NCBI RefSeq assembly: GCF_030144855.1
Contig: NC_082731.1
Location: forward strand, 23,250,001-23,314,000
Origin: Hypanus sabinus
Taxonomy: Eukaryota
Reading direction: 5' to 3'
Length of the DNA stretch: 64,000 nucleotides
Under the pieces are notes generated by a model. That model searched no databases and was not told the DNA's origin. It saw only the letters and a list, made by a program, of their open reading frames with translations. The position numbers were made by a program, and so were the translations under genes. Positions within the stretch are counted from its first letter, which is position 1; the number at the start of each line of letters is the position of its first letter. This document shows positions 12,313 through 25,510 of the stretch, piece after piece.

Positions 12313-13204
12313 TTTCAGTACTGGTTGTGTCCAACAGAGTTTAAGCAATGTTGTCAGGTACTCAGCGACACTACACTTTCTTCAAGGGGTCGCTGTAATG
12401 ATCAAGTCAAATCTTAGCTTACCAGATGAGACGCCGGTAAAGTTGTGTTAGAATTCTTTATTAGACAAGCACCGTTACTCGCCGTCAATCTATGGATATC
12501 TCATTCTCTTTCTGTTACTGCTTCCATCCAGTTTATTATCCCTACAGGTTGTTTGGCTTCAGCACAATGTTTCAGACTTTTCATACGTATTTTACGCTTT
12601 TTTAAGGATGTCCAGATTTTGACGAATCAAGAGCTGCAGTGTTAGTTTTACTTATTGTCCACATGGAAGAAGGCATGTCACCGAATGACAGCGTTAGTTA
12701 TTCAACTGATTCCAAAGATACAGTTGGCCCATGAAAGCCTTTGGACCAGCGTTGCAATTTATTATTTTCAGTTTTCCTGCATTTCATATTCAGCGTGACC
12801 GGCTGTCTTGTCTGTCAATCACTTTCTCTATCTCTCTCACACACTCACATACACTCTACTACCTCGCTCCATCTCTGCTCTTATTTTCTATCAAACTTTT
12901 CAGTAAAAATATTTTTTGTATGTACGAGAGACAGCCAGTCTTCGCAGTCCCCTTTGTTAAGGGTAGGGCTTCGTGACATACCAAAAGGGCAGGGAAACCA
13001 TTTATTGGAGTATATCGAGCATGGCGCATCTGGGGAAATAGGCGGAGCAACTGCTGAGGTGTTGTTCCCATTGGCTTGTTTTTCACTTACTATCCATTTT
13101 ATCAAATGCATCATCCCCTAAAACGGAACAATAGCAAGATCCTGAAGCCTGGCGACAATTTGCTCAGGCGAAAATCACTCAACCAATTTTTATATAAAAA
13201 AAAG

Positions 13205-13250
13205 ATGCGAAGGTTTCTTCTCTGGATTCTGTGCGGAGCCTGGTTAAATG
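13205..13250 (+). CDS. TCR V gene leader exon (L-part1)
   Basis: ATG at 13205 encodes MRRFLLWILCGAWLN plus 1 nt (46 nt, phase 1), followed by donor G|GTATAT at 13251. Intron 13251-13344 ends ttattttatttag. Confidence 0.92.
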
Positions 13251-13344
13251 GTATATTCACCGCAGACAATTCATAAGACTTCTCAAGACTGTATTCTGAA
13301 AGACGTCACTATAATGTTTTATAAATTTACATTATTTTATTTAG

Positions 13345-13651
13345 ATCCGAGTAATGGAAACACGGTCACACAGGCGATATCAGCAGCTGTAGTGAAGGAA
13401 GAAGAGACGGTGACTTTCAGCTGCAGCTATGATACCACATGGAACGACTATGCATTATATTGGTACCGACAAAATCCATATCAAAGACTCAAGTTCATAC
13501 TGAGAAAAGATTCTGATGAATATGAACATAAAGCCGATTTTGCCCAAAATCGCTTCAATGTCCATCTGTATACGGCCAAAAAAGTGATTAGTATCAGCAT
13601 CTCAAATCTGCAAATGAGCGACTCTGCAGTATATTATTGTGCGCTCAGGCG
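13345..13651 (+). CDS. TCR alpha/delta-type V exon, apparently functional
   Basis: In phase with the leader: (D)PSNGNTVTQAISAAVVKEEETVTFSCSYDTTWNDYALYWYRQ...ADFAQNRF...ISNLQMSDSAVYYCALRR. Both Cys, WYRQ and D-x-A-x-YYC are present, with no stops. Confidence 0.95.
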
Positions 13652-13690
13652 CACAGTGGTGTTTTGTAATTGAAGTCACGTTCAAAAATT
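13652..13690 (+). other. 23-bp-spacer recombination signal sequence
   Basis: CACAGTG (13652-13658) + 23 nt + TCAAAAATT (13682-13690). Confidence 0.95.
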
Positions 13691-13895
13691 CACTTACCGC
13701 AGAACACAGTTTGAGTGCTTGAGCTGAATATATATGTACTCTGCGTCCTGATTGTGGTTTCCAGCCACCACGAGTATCTGTTGCAGATTGCTTCATCTTC
13801 GTCCTTGGAGGTTCAGATATGGTGCAACCACAGTGCACTTTCCAATAACGCAGTGAGATCTATTGCATCTGCTATTTAATATATTTTCTGAAATA

Positions 13896-14046
13896 NNNNN
13901 NNNNNNNNNNNNNNNNNNNNNNNNNNNNNNNNNNNNNNNNNNNNNNNNNNNNNNNNNNNNNNNNNNNNNNNNNNNNNNNNNNNNNNNNNNNNNNNNNNNN
14001 NNNNNNNNNNNNNNNNNNNNNNNNNNNNNNNNNNNNNNNNNNNNNN
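13896..14046. other. Assembly gap
   Basis: N run. Confidence 1.
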
Positions 14047-14049
14047 TAT

Positions 14050-14700
14050 TGATCATCTTCTCTCTTTCCAGCTTCAATCAGCTTGGCGAGGGTAAAATAG
14101 TTTTGAGCCTGGCGATCCTGTGCGGATGCTATCTGGTCTCCTCCCTAATAGGAATGGGACAAACCGTCGATTAGCTCCGGGGATTGCTTCCTGCAAGGTC
14201 TTACTGGCTGTTTCCATCATATTTCTGTATCTATGCCTTTGATTGCGTGTAAGCTAGTGCTAGTGATGTTTTGGAAAGTTTGATTAACCGCTGTAGAGAT
14301 TTTCTGTAGGCCGAGGAGCTGTTTCCGGTAGCAGGCTCTGTTGCAGCATGTTTGGATATTCTGTACTATGCACTGGAGCCAGCCTTTAGCGTCGATGCCC
14401 ATAATCGATGACTCTGCAGTCCCCTCAGGAAATGGAGTCTGTCTTACGCTGTCCTTAATGTTGCACCGCCTCTCTCAGGCAGTCTCATGGTGTTTTGTGA
14501 TGAGTCCCAGCACTGCTGTGACTTCGACAAACTTGGCAATATGGTTAATCACAACACTGGTCACTTATGAACCGAGTGTACAACAGTGTGGTCAGTACAA
14601 ACTTCTGTGTGGCACACCTGCTAATGATGCCGGAGACGGAGGAGCAGAAGTGCAGTCTGCCTACCTGTGGTTTGTTGATTAGGATATCCAACGCTGTATT
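14050..14700 (-). mobile_element. Rex1/Babar-type LINE RT fragment
   Basis: Reverse complement follows the Rex/Babar RT 3' pattern (IAKFVEVTAVLGLI, degenerate KFADDT.VVGLI). Confidence 0.7.
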
Positions 14701-14869
14701 GGAAAATTGTGCAAAAGTATACATGGAGCAGTAGACGGTGTTCGAAGTTTTGGATACAGAATTAAACTCTCGAAACAGAATTCTGCCGTAAACATCGTTC
14801 TTTTAAATGTGTGTTGTGTCCAGGAATATGGTATTTGCAATCAATCATAGCCGAGAGTCGTCGAGGCAT

Positions 14870-15260
14870 AAACCGTATAAAGACGTTGAATCATGAACTG
14901 CCTCGTCGCTTCGACCTGCACAGGGGACCATACACTCCCATGCACCTATCCACAATTCGCTTAGATTTGAACTCCAGTTCACATGCGCCATGATTGCTGG
15001 CAGCTCTACATACACGTTCACGACCGACTGACTAAAGATGTTTCCCCTGATATTCCCATTAAACCATTGAATTCTCCTTCTTAATGCATGACTTCTGGTT
15101 ATGGACACGTTCAATCTCAGTAGATATAAGCGTGCTTCCATTTCTCTAATATACTTTCATAAATGTTATACCTCTGTCAAATCTCATTCCAAATCTCTAA
15201 GTTCAGAGTAATAAAGTCTAACTTATTCAATCTTCCCTTTTAACTCAGGTCTGCCAGACC
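14870..15260 (-). mobile_element. CR1 3' fragment
   Basis: Matches the reverse complement of the CR1 3' end seen at 21.3-21.6 and 25.2-25.5 kb. Confidence 0.7.
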
Positions 15261-15534
15261 AGACAAAATTGTTTTACATGTTGTTGTCTTGTTCGCCTGA
15301 CAGCGTGCGTCCTGCAACTTTCAGCGTCCCACACTCCCCACTTGCAGATTGCGATTCCATGGCAGAGGGAACATGGCAGAGTCTGCCATATCATCGGCAG
15401 TGACATTCAGGTGGGCTTTCTTTCTGATTTTTGAGGCCCAGAATGTTTGCGCGTGCTTTGTCACTGATATCTCTTGGTGTTTCTCGAAGATGCACACAAT
15501 GCGAAAATAATCCGAACCCGTCGCTCAGTAACTA

Positions 15535-15690
15535 TAGTTAGATAGGTATCTTATGGATACGGGAATCAAGGGATATGGGGAAAAGGCAGGAACTGGGTTT
15601 TGATAATAGATGATCAGCTATGATCTCAGAATGGCTGTGCAGGCTCGAAGGGCCGAATAGTCTACTTCTGCACCTATTGTCTATTGTCTA
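15535..15690 (+). mobile_element. CR1 3' UTR fragment
   Basis: Near-identical in pattern to 57980-58125 and ends cctattgtctattgtcta. Confidence 0.85.
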
Positions 15691-16169
15691 TAGTTCAGTA
15701 TTGCAGTATATCCCCTTTAACATTTGGTTCGGAATTCCCCTCGGTCAACGTGTTCTCGTAACCACACTGAGAATATAATAAACGTATATGGGTGATTTAT
15801 AATCACGGAATTTCGAGGATAATTAAACATGGGCTCACCCCTCTCTGGCGATATTCACTCTGCGGTAAAACATCTTAACTAATTGCGAACATGGTAATGT
15901 TTATATTGGTTTTCATTGCCTTGAAAATTTTGCTCAGTGTAGCAACTTCGATATCACGGTGATCACTGAACTTAATGTTTTTTTTCAAGCAAAACTTGAA
16001 TTATCCGGTTCAAGCTGTATTTACAAAAGCTTTCATTCCCTACCGCTAACAATGTCCTTGTCGTTTCTGGTATTTGTAACTATGTAGTTACGTGCACTGA
16101 AGCATGTTTCAAAATGTCGGAGTAAACATCGTCACTCACTTATTCAATACAGAGTTAATACTCTGAAGA

Positions 16170-17050
16170 ATTCATTTTAAATCACTAGTATTGATTTTGA
16201 GAACAGTGGTAAGCACTTCCGATACGGCAGCTATCATAAGTTTTACAGCCAATGCGTGATATTTACGGCAGTTGCTCATGACTCGATATGACTGTAAAGA
16301 AGAAATCATAACAGGGTAAATGGGAGTGGGAGTACAATGAGAAAGATGCCATGTGTAGCCAGATGGCGTGAAGGAAGGAGGGTAGGTGAAAGACAGTGAA
16401 TTGAGTGCTTGGGTAAAGAAGGTGCTGAAGTAGAAGAAAACAGATAAGAAAGCATGTGGGACACGGTTGGCAGGGAAGGAGGAGCAGCATCTGAGATTCT
16501 TCATAGGCAGGTGAGGAGAAGAGATGGGCGATAAAGCCAGAAATGGAGAAAGGATATGGAGTGAATGCTACTTAGAGTAAAATTGCGGGAAGTTGGAAAA
16601 ATCGATGTTCATGCCATCATGTTAGAGACCAGCAATACATAATTAGGGGTATTGCCTCATCATAGCATGGACGATATGTTGAAAATAATTTCGGAGTGAA
16701 ATTAACATTCATGGGATGCAACATCTTCGTCCCTGTTGAAGGCAATGCAAATTTGCCCGACAAAGCGGTCCCATAATCTGCATCGGGTCTCCGTCTGGCA
16801 CGCCCCATCAGAAACACTGCAGATGCTAAATAAAAGAAATTGCCATCAGATACAGGAGGAAATTAAGACGCGTCGGCCCGCAGCGTGCTCTCCAACACTT
16901 CGTAATTGCAAATCATCTCAGCCCCAACCTTCTGCCTTTTTCCCATACCCGATTAGCCCTAGACCATCAAGAAACTATCAACTGCGGCTTAAAAAAAAAT
17001 CCACGGGTTCTCCGCTCTCGGACTAAAGAAATACATCCTCGTCTTCGTTC
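16170..17050 (-). mobile_element. Penelope-like element 3' region (GIY-YIG remnant)
   Basis: Minus strand ETRCRLWDRFV (cf. GETxRRLGDRFxEH); similar to 55.9-56.7 kb. Confidence 0.65.
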
Positions 17051-17079
17051 TAAAATTTTGCCCGTCTAATCTCAGTCTG

Positions 17080-17790
17080 CATCTCATTCCTCCATTTCTC
17101 CAATACTCTCCGTATTACCAGACTGAATTTCGTGTGTAGAAGGCAATTCTGAATGAAAGTTTCCTTCAATGACAAACCTCAAGTCATTGCGGATGAGGGT
17201 CCATATCTGAACCTTCTTATACGTCTGAATGTAAAGCATAAACACCAGATATTTGTCATTATTTATTGCACAACCCACACTAAAGGATATGCAAGTTTGA
17301 ATTTCAAAAACTCCCCTGACCTGTATTGTTTTCATCTCAGCTCATCTATTCTATCCTAATAACGCAGAAATCACGTTTCTTTGCACATCATTGTAACTTT
17401 TTTTTCTGCCTCTTCTCGGCCCTATTGCATCTTTCTGAAATTATGCCGACTAGAACTTCACGAATTATTGTTGGTGCGGTTATAAAAATGGTATCATCTT
17501 CTGATCTGAATAACGAATCAGCAGTTGGTTAACAAGGAATATGCCTTTCTTCAATCTATCCACCTCTGTCACCAAAGACAAGGAAGCAGACACTTTTTTT
17601 CGCCCCACAGGTCTCTATTCTACAGAGTTCAGCCTATCATATACTGGATAATTCCAAGCGCGATATACCTTCCTGAAGTACATGACATCTCGCTTTCCTA
17701 CACTGAAGTTAACGCCGATTCATACCTGGACAGTAGAAGCAAGGAACTATGATTTTCCAAATAGTGAAGAGGAGACATCTGCGACTAGGT
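17080..17790 (-). mobile_element. RTE-type LINE endonuclease fragment
   Basis: Degenerate GVYA.HSD and VIEGNFH (GDFN) motifs on - strand. Confidence 0.55.
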
Positions 17791-17989
17791 TCCAACTGAT
17801 CACTGACAGCATATTTAAATCAATCTGTCAACCACAGTCCTTTTTTAAAGAATAGAACAAGCCAGTCTCAAACAGTTGTACCAAATCCTCTGTTTGATTG
17901 ATGTCATGTCCAATCATGTATGCGAGATCTGTTAAATAGTGCAGCCTTGGGGTTGATATTGTGCATACTATTTGTAATATATTGCTTAC

Positions 17990-18600
17990 TGTTATAAAGT
18001 CTCCGCTGTTCTACTACATAGATTAGGAGCGGAAATAGGGCATTTTCACATCGAGTCTTCTGCCCCATTTCATAATGGCTGATGCACTTTTCATCTCAGC
18101 CTTAATCAAATGTTTTCTCCCTATTTCCCTCCATGCTCTGACTAATCTGACTTAAGTAAACGTTTGCCCGAAACATACCTAAACTTTTGGCATCCACAGA
18201 TGCCTCTGGAAAATATTTACAAAGATGCATGACTCTCTGGCAAATGAAATTCCTCCTTAGATTTTTCTAAAAGTTTGCCATTTGTTCTGCCGTTGTGTCC
18301 CTGGACCTAGTCTGTCTCAGCAAGGACACCACTCTCTCCTAATCCAGGTTATCAAGCTCTTTCACTAATCGAGGGATTTTATTGTGGTTACCCCTCGTTC
18401 TTTCGACTTCCAGTCAATGTAAGCCCATAGTCATGGAAAGCTCTTCAAACGGCATTCCGTTTTATCGTGGAATCATTTTCGTGAACCTCCTTGGAACTCT
18501 CCCCACTTTAACCACATCATTTCCTTTTCAGATTCAGGGCATAAATCTTCTCACAGTACTCACTATTCCTCGTGATGCCTCACCAGTGCTTTAACATAAC
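17990..18600 (-). mobile_element. CR1 3' fragment
   Basis: Resembles the reverse complement of CR1 3' coding and UTR sequence. Confidence 0.55.
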
Positions 18601-19169
18601 TGATGATTGCATCCTTACTTTTTTTTATTTTAGATCTCATGAAATGAATATCAACGTTCTATTGTCATCGTAGACTTAACCTGAAAATTAACCTTAGGGA
18701 ATCGTTCACAATCACTCCCCAACTCATTTTCGCCACCATTTGTTTTGTATTATCTCGTCATTCGGAAAATAGCCAACCCTTTAATTTTCCTTCCATTTCC
18801 CGACTTCGTTTTTCACTGTTTGTTATTTGTCCTTTCAATTAATCTGTCTAAATCCTAAATTAGCCACTCTACGTCCTCAAAATTACTTCATTCGTATCGT
18901 CTGCAGTTTTCTCAGGAAAGACAATTCCATATTCCAAATCAGAAATATTTAATGTGCAATCAATCGAACCCAAGACAATCCGCTGTAGAATATTACCATT
19001 CAGCGACAGCTAAACAGTAAAAGGTTCCCGTTGCTCCCAACCTTTGTTGACTGCCAGTCAACACCTGTTTAGCCATGTATTAATCTGTGCTATAGGACCA
19101 TGGGCTCGAAGCCGGTTAAGCAGCCTCAGGTGACACCTATTCACATGACTCAACTTGCTGAATTTTATG

Positions 19170-21640
19170 GACCATCAAATAGTAACAGGGACGTAGAGGA
19201 GAAATAAGTAGATAGATTCTAAAAAAAAAATAACAGCAACAGGTTTGAGGTAGTGGGAGATTTATTTTACCAAATATTGCATGGAAGCTCCATAAATCAC
19301 GGTGTTTAGATGGAGTGGAGTTTGTACGGTGTGTCCACGAAGGCTTCTTGACACAATATGTAGAGGAGTCTGCAAGAGCAGAGGCTGTACTTGATCAGGT
19401 ATTGGAAAATAAATCTGATTATGTGTCCGGCCTTACAGTGGTAGAACATTTTAGAGATAATAATCTTGCATCTTCTTTATCATAGCATTGTAGAGGGAAA
19501 TGAACAGACAAGTTGGGAACGCGTTTAATTCGAGTAAGAGGAAGAATGAAGCTTTCAGGTCGGAACATGGAAGCATAAATTGGGAACAGATGCTCTCAGC
19601 TAAATGTACAGCAAACATTCAAGGGATAGTTGCTTGGCGTTCTGCATAGGTGCGCTCCAGTGAGACATGGAAAGGATGGCGGGAGCTGGAACCGTGGTGT
19701 AAGAAGGCTTTTGAAAATCTAGTCAAGAAGGTAAGTAAAGCTTACGAACGGATGAAAAAAGTAGTTAATGATAGAGATCCGTAAGCTTTCAGCAAAAATG
19801 AGCTTAGGAATAAAATTAATAGAGCTAGAAGGGGCCATAAGAACGCCTTAATGAGCAGGATTAAAGAAAAAAAATGATATTCTGGAAGTATGTGGAAAAA
19901 AGTGATAAGACATGAGAGAATAGAACCAATCAAACGTGACATTGAAAAAAGTGTGCATAGAACCGGAGGAGTTTGCTGAGGTACTTAATGAATGCATTGT
20001 TTCAGGATTCATTACGGTAAAAGGATGCTGGCGATTGTATGGATAATGTACAGTATATTGAAAAGCTTGAACATATCGACTTCAAGAAAGAGGATGTGTT
20101 AGAAATTTCGAAATGCACCAGATTGGATAAATCTCCAGGAACGAACGAGAGGAACCGCTGGCCACTATAGGTGACGAGGGAGGAGATCCCTGTGTCCGTG
20201 GCAATTATGTTTGTGTCATTAATGTGGACGGGGCAGGTTTTCGAGGATTGGGAAGGTTTCTGATGTTATTCCCTTACTTTAGAAAGGAGGCAGAGGTAGT
20301 CCAGCATATTTATTAACAGATGTTACGTATTTCACTGGAAAGATCATGAGAGGCAGGATTTCTGATTTTTTTTTTTCAGATGCTTAATATGATTAGGAAT
20401 AGTCAGCATGGTTTTGCCGAAGGTGCGTCTAGTCTTACAGCCCTGATTGATTATATTGAGGGTGTGACTAAACACTTTGATGCGGGCAGAGCAGAAGATG
20501 TACTGTACTTTGATTTCAGCAAAAAATTTCATAATGTACACAATGCTAAAGTAGGGAGCCAGGCTTTCCAAAGGGACCTTGCTTCGTAGATGCAGAATCG
20601 GCATGTCCAAAGAAGGCAAAGTGTGGTATTAGACACGTCATATTAGAATGGAGGGCGGTGAACAGTGGTCTGCCTTAGGGACCTTTTCTGGGACCACTTC
20701 TCATCGTCAGTTTTATAAATAAGTTGCGTGAGGCTGTGGCGGGATGGGTTAGTAAACTTGCTGATGGCAGATATGCTGTTAGTGTTGCGGATAGAGTCGA
20801 GTGCTGTCATTATTTACAGCGGGACATCGACAGGACACGAAACTGGGCTGACATACGGCAGATGGAGTACAAACCAGGTAAATGTGAGGAGGTTCATTTT
20901 GTTAGGTCAAATATGATTTCAGAATGCAATATTACTGTTAAGACCCTTTCCAGTGTGTAAATCAAATTAATCTTGGGTTCTGAGTCTATTGTACGCTCAA
21001 AGCTGCTGAACAAGTTGTCTGTGTGGTTAAGAAGGCATACGGTACATTGGCCTTCATCAATTGTGGGGTTAATTTTAAGAGCCGAGATGTTTTGTTACAA
21101 CTATATATACACCACTTGGAGTATGTATCCAGCTCAAGGGTATGCATCAAGGGTACAGAGGAGATTTACAACGATGTTGTCTGAATCGGATTATAAGCCT
21201 AAATAGAATATGTTGAGAGGACTCCGTCGTTTCTCTTGTGGCGGAGTGGCCGAGGATATCATGTGATCTAATGGAGGTGTATAAGATGATGAGCAGCTTT
21301 GATCGTCTGGATAGTCTGAGGCTGTTTTTTTTTTTTTTTTCCCAGGGCTGAAATGGGTAACTGGGCGGTGTACAGTTCAAAGGTTCTAAGAAGGAGGTAC
21401 AGTGGAGATATTAGAGATAAGCTTATTACACAGAGAGTGGTGAGTGCATAGAATGGACTGCCTGCGGCAGTCGTGGAGGCGGCTTCGGTAGAGTTTTTTA
21501 AAGATTTTCCTGGAAGGGTACATGGAGCTTAGAAAAATAGAGAACTATTGGTAAACCTAGGTATTTTCTAATGTAACTATATGTTCCGCACAGCATAGTA
21601 GCCCGGAAGTCCGGTATTATTCTGTAGGTTATCGGTGGTT
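19170..21640 (+). mobile_element. CR1 LINE ORF2 and 3' end, decayed
   Basis: MIRNSQHGF, DVLYFDFSKKF, LQRDID and WQMEY motifs plus CR1 3' tail. Confidence 0.9.
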
Positions 21641-22199
21641 CAATGTTTCTATGAGATGCCCAAGCAGAAAACAGGGCAATTTGGAAAATGTGACCACAAG
21701 CTTTAGGAATCCAAGAGCCACACATCAGGTGCGGAAAAGTTTTTTTTTCCCACGATCGCTGAATCCTTTTCGCCTCAAGCTCTGCCGTTGCCTGTGGATA
21801 TCGGTAGGCAAAGGACTGTGATATGGCCACAGTCTTTATAAATGTTCTTTGTGAATTGCAGGGGTATCATCACCCCTGCGAACTAACAAGACTCTAGAGA
21901 CGTTGTCGAAGGAAGGTCCGAAGAGTTAACCATACAAAACTGGACGAAGACGCATCTGTCTGCAGGAACTTGGATGTTATAAAGTACCCCAGTGTGCAGT
22001 CTTCTCCCCAGGATATCCCCGGCAGAGATGACAAATTACTTCTAGAATCGGGAGTTGTATGAGGTTAAGTTAGTATTAGAGGAATGTCGTTGTTGGCTAG
22101 ACGGAGCTCAGATCACTTCCTCGACCACAAGAAACTGACCATCGTAAATGCAAGGCACTAAGAACGACTGAAAAGATCTTTGATGGGTTTTCATATGTG

Positions 22200-22660
22200 T
22201 TTACTCTCGAGACGAACACAAAGTCCATGCAACTGTGTTGAGTAGCAAGGTATTTGTAGTGACTAATGCCGATTGCTGTGGAAAATGTACGTGCTTGTTA
22301 AAGCAAATAACTGTGGATAAATCCGCAGTGCCTGACAGGTTATCCTTCTTGAACTTGAAGTAGGCTAGTTCAGGTACTGCAGACGGCAAACCTGGAGTAT
22401 TTAAAGCGAGGTTCGCCGACTGCTGATGCTGTTCCGTATTCACAAAGGTTTTATCAATAAGCTGTATTATTGCAGTCCAGTGAGACTGAAATCTGCGGAC
22501 GCACGTTATTGGAATGCATTCAAAGTACCGCAAAAGAGAAATATTTGGATAGACAGAAACGTGCTCTGCCTTGTCAATATTCTGTTGTACGTGGTAGAGC
22601 ATGTCGTAGAAACATTGACAATCTTCAGCACTATACAGGCCATACGGCTCTCATTGCTGT
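22200..22660 (-). mobile_element. Rex/Babar- or L2-type RT fragment
   Basis: LYHVQQNID...LALNTPGLP (cf. LTLNTGAPQG). Confidence 0.55.
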
Positions 22661-24159
22661 GCCGAGCATGTCTTACTTAGAAGTTCCCTTTGGATAGCCA
22701 GGGCGCTCTATTTCTCTAAACTCCATGTATCTATCCAGGAGCCTATTAAAAACACAATCTCATGAAGTTCTGGTTAAAAACTCAAATGCACCGTAAATCT
22801 CAGCTGGATATTCTTTGGACCACTGACAAGTAACCAGAAAACAACATTCTCTGAAAGTTTCAAAAGATTGACCTTCAGGAGCCGGTTTTAAATAATATCC
22901 TATTTTGGTTTTGTTGGAAGATTCAGAGAATGGGAGCACACGGTTACGTTTCTAATTAGAGATCTTTCATTAATCGTGTGCAGCAGGTATCAGTCCCTTG
23001 TCCTTTGAAGTCTCTCTCAATGATTTGGATGCAAATGTGGTAAACTGAATCAGCGTACTCTTGGGAAACCTGAAGTACCGATATAACTTAAGGTAGAGTT
23101 GTGGTACCTGCCAAAGTACAGAGTCAGAATGTTGACTTGCTTTGTCAAGGACAACGGATGAGTTAGTAATGTTGAATCGCGTAATGTCTTGCCAAACGTG
23201 AAAGAGAATTTTATAAGAATCAGTCCAGCCGATGTGACAGAGACATCATAAAAATTTTGCTGGTTTTCATCTCATATATTATAGCAGACAAAAAGTGTGA
23301 ATGGAAGAAGATAATTAGTTCTGAGTGGTACGAAGAAAACGATATGCTTTTCTAAGACTGCGGTTCCCAAGCAATTGCTCTTAAAATCCTCCATACTCCT
23401 TCACGGTCAGGGATAAAGGTATAACTTGTGTATCGTTTTTGTGATGAGTCCAGTGGTCCATTATCGAGTTGGTATATAGCGTGGGATTTGGAAACAGAAG
23501 AGTACATTAAGAATAAATCACTGGAAAGTGAATCTGACGAGAGAAAAAAAAATGTAGTGAAGTTGCATCATCTCCGAAGGGCATCAAATCGCGTCGCTGG
23601 AATACACACCACTGTCTCTGTAAAATAAATACACAAATAAATAAATAAATAAGCAAACAGCTAGATAGATAGATAAATGCAAGCGGCACCAATCTTTCTT
23701 TGATTGGACATATCCGATCCTCGGTAAAATGCAATATATTCCTTCCTCTTTTTTTGGTCAGTTTCTATAGTGTTAGCTACGCTGAACATGTGGTCATCGC
23801 AGATTTAAATCCTTGTTTATTCCTATCATGGTGTTGATACCTGTCTTCTGTAAGTTGCAACTTTGACCGAGTTCCGGTTGCTCTCATTATGTATTCATTG
23901 CTGAAGGAGTCTTCGTACATGATGCAACGTCACCACAACGGCCTGAGCTGACAGTGAAAAATGCGCTGCTGTAACAATGAACTCCATGAACCTTGCAGAA
24001 TAAAATGGCTACATTGAGTTCCGTAATTCTAGTCATCTGGGAGAGAGCCAATTTATCTCCTACGGTTTTCTTATTTTTTCACAACAAGGTGCACAGTTCA
24101 GTATCTATTACCGACGTTATAATTTGCTTATCAGAAAAAAATCTCAGTCGCTGCATCTC

Positions 24160-25510
24160 GCAAGGAGTGGTTTGTACAGTAATGGAGAAGATCCAGAGAT
24201 TCAGGATTTATGAACATTTGGAGAGGTATAAATCGATTAGGAATAGTCAGCATGATTTTGTCAACGTCAGGTCATGTCTTACGAGCCTGACTGAATTTTC
24301 TGAGGATGTGACTAAACACATTGATTACGGAAGAACACTGGAAGTAGTTTTTATGGATTTCAGCAAGACATTTTTATAAAGAACCACATGCAAAGCATAT
24401 TGAGAAAGTAAGGAAGCATGGTTTCCAAGCGGCCATTGTTTTCTGGAACAAAAACTGGCTTGTCCACAGAATGCAAAGAGTAGCTGTAGACAGGTATGAT
24501 TGTGCATGTCAGAGATCTGTTCTGGGACCCTTACTCTTCGTGATTTTTATAAATTACCTGGCTGAGGAAGTGGAGGGATTGGTTAGTAAGCTTGCTGATA
24601 ACACAAATGATAGAGGAGTTTTGGAGAGCGTGGAGTGCTGTCAAAGGTTACAGCGGGTCATTGATAGGATGCAAAACAGATCTGGGAAGTGGCAGATGGA
24701 GTTCAACCCAGATAATTGTGAAGTGGTTCATTTTGGCAGGACTAATATGATGGCAGTATATAGCATTAATGGTAGGACTCTTGGCAGTGTGGAAGTCCAG
24801 AGGGATCATGGGGTCTGAGCTCATAGGACGCTCAAAACAGCAGCGCAGATTTCCACTGTGGTTAAGAACGCATACGGTGTATTTGCATTTATCAATAGTG
24901 GAATTGCATTTATGAGCCGAGAGATAATGATGCAGCTATCTAGGACCCTGTTCAGACCCCACCTGGAGTACTGTGAACTGTTCTGGTCGTCTAACTAAGG
25001 GGACGATGTGGAAGCCGTAGAAAGTGTGCAGACGAGAGTTACAAGGTGTGTCCTGGATTGTGGAGCATGCCTTATGAGAATATGTTGAGTGAAACCGACC
25101 CTCTCTCCTTGGAGCAACGGAGGATGAGGGGTGACCTGACATAAGTGTACAAGCTGATGTGAGGAATCGATTGAGTGAATAGTCAGACGTTTTTTCTTTT
25201 TTTTTTTTTGCCAGGACTGAAATCTTTGCCACATAATGACACAACTTTAAGGTGCTGGGGAGTTGGTACAGAGGAACTGTCAGGGGTAAGGTTTTTTTTT
25301 TTAACTCAAAGATTGGTGAGTGCGTGGAACGGGCTGCCGGCAACGGTGGCGGAGGCGAATACTATAGGTTACTTTAAGAGACTTTTGGAGAGGAACATGG
25401 ATGTTAGACAAAAAGAGGGCTATAGGTAAGCCTAGTAATTTCTAAGGTGGGGAAAAGTTCGGCGCGACATTATGGGCCAAGGACCTGTATTATGCTGTAG
25501 ACTTTCTATG
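24160..25510 (+). mobile_element. CR1 LINE 3' half
   Basis: IRNSQHDFV, VVFMDFSK, SVLGPLLFVIFIN and WQMEFNPD motifs. Confidence 0.9.

Larger units (their letters stand above)
9750..12410. repeat. Right arm of the inverted duplication
   Basis: Reverse complement aligns in order with 5-2210 and 5940-6900. The purine-rich 11.2-12.0 kb tract mirrors the pyrimidine-rich tracts of the left arm. Confidence 0.85.

Noticed and set aside
13829-13835. Perfect CACAGTG heptamer downstream of the V RSS (also CACAGTT at 13705)
   Set aside because: No nonamer at 12 or 23 nt, so not a D segment.
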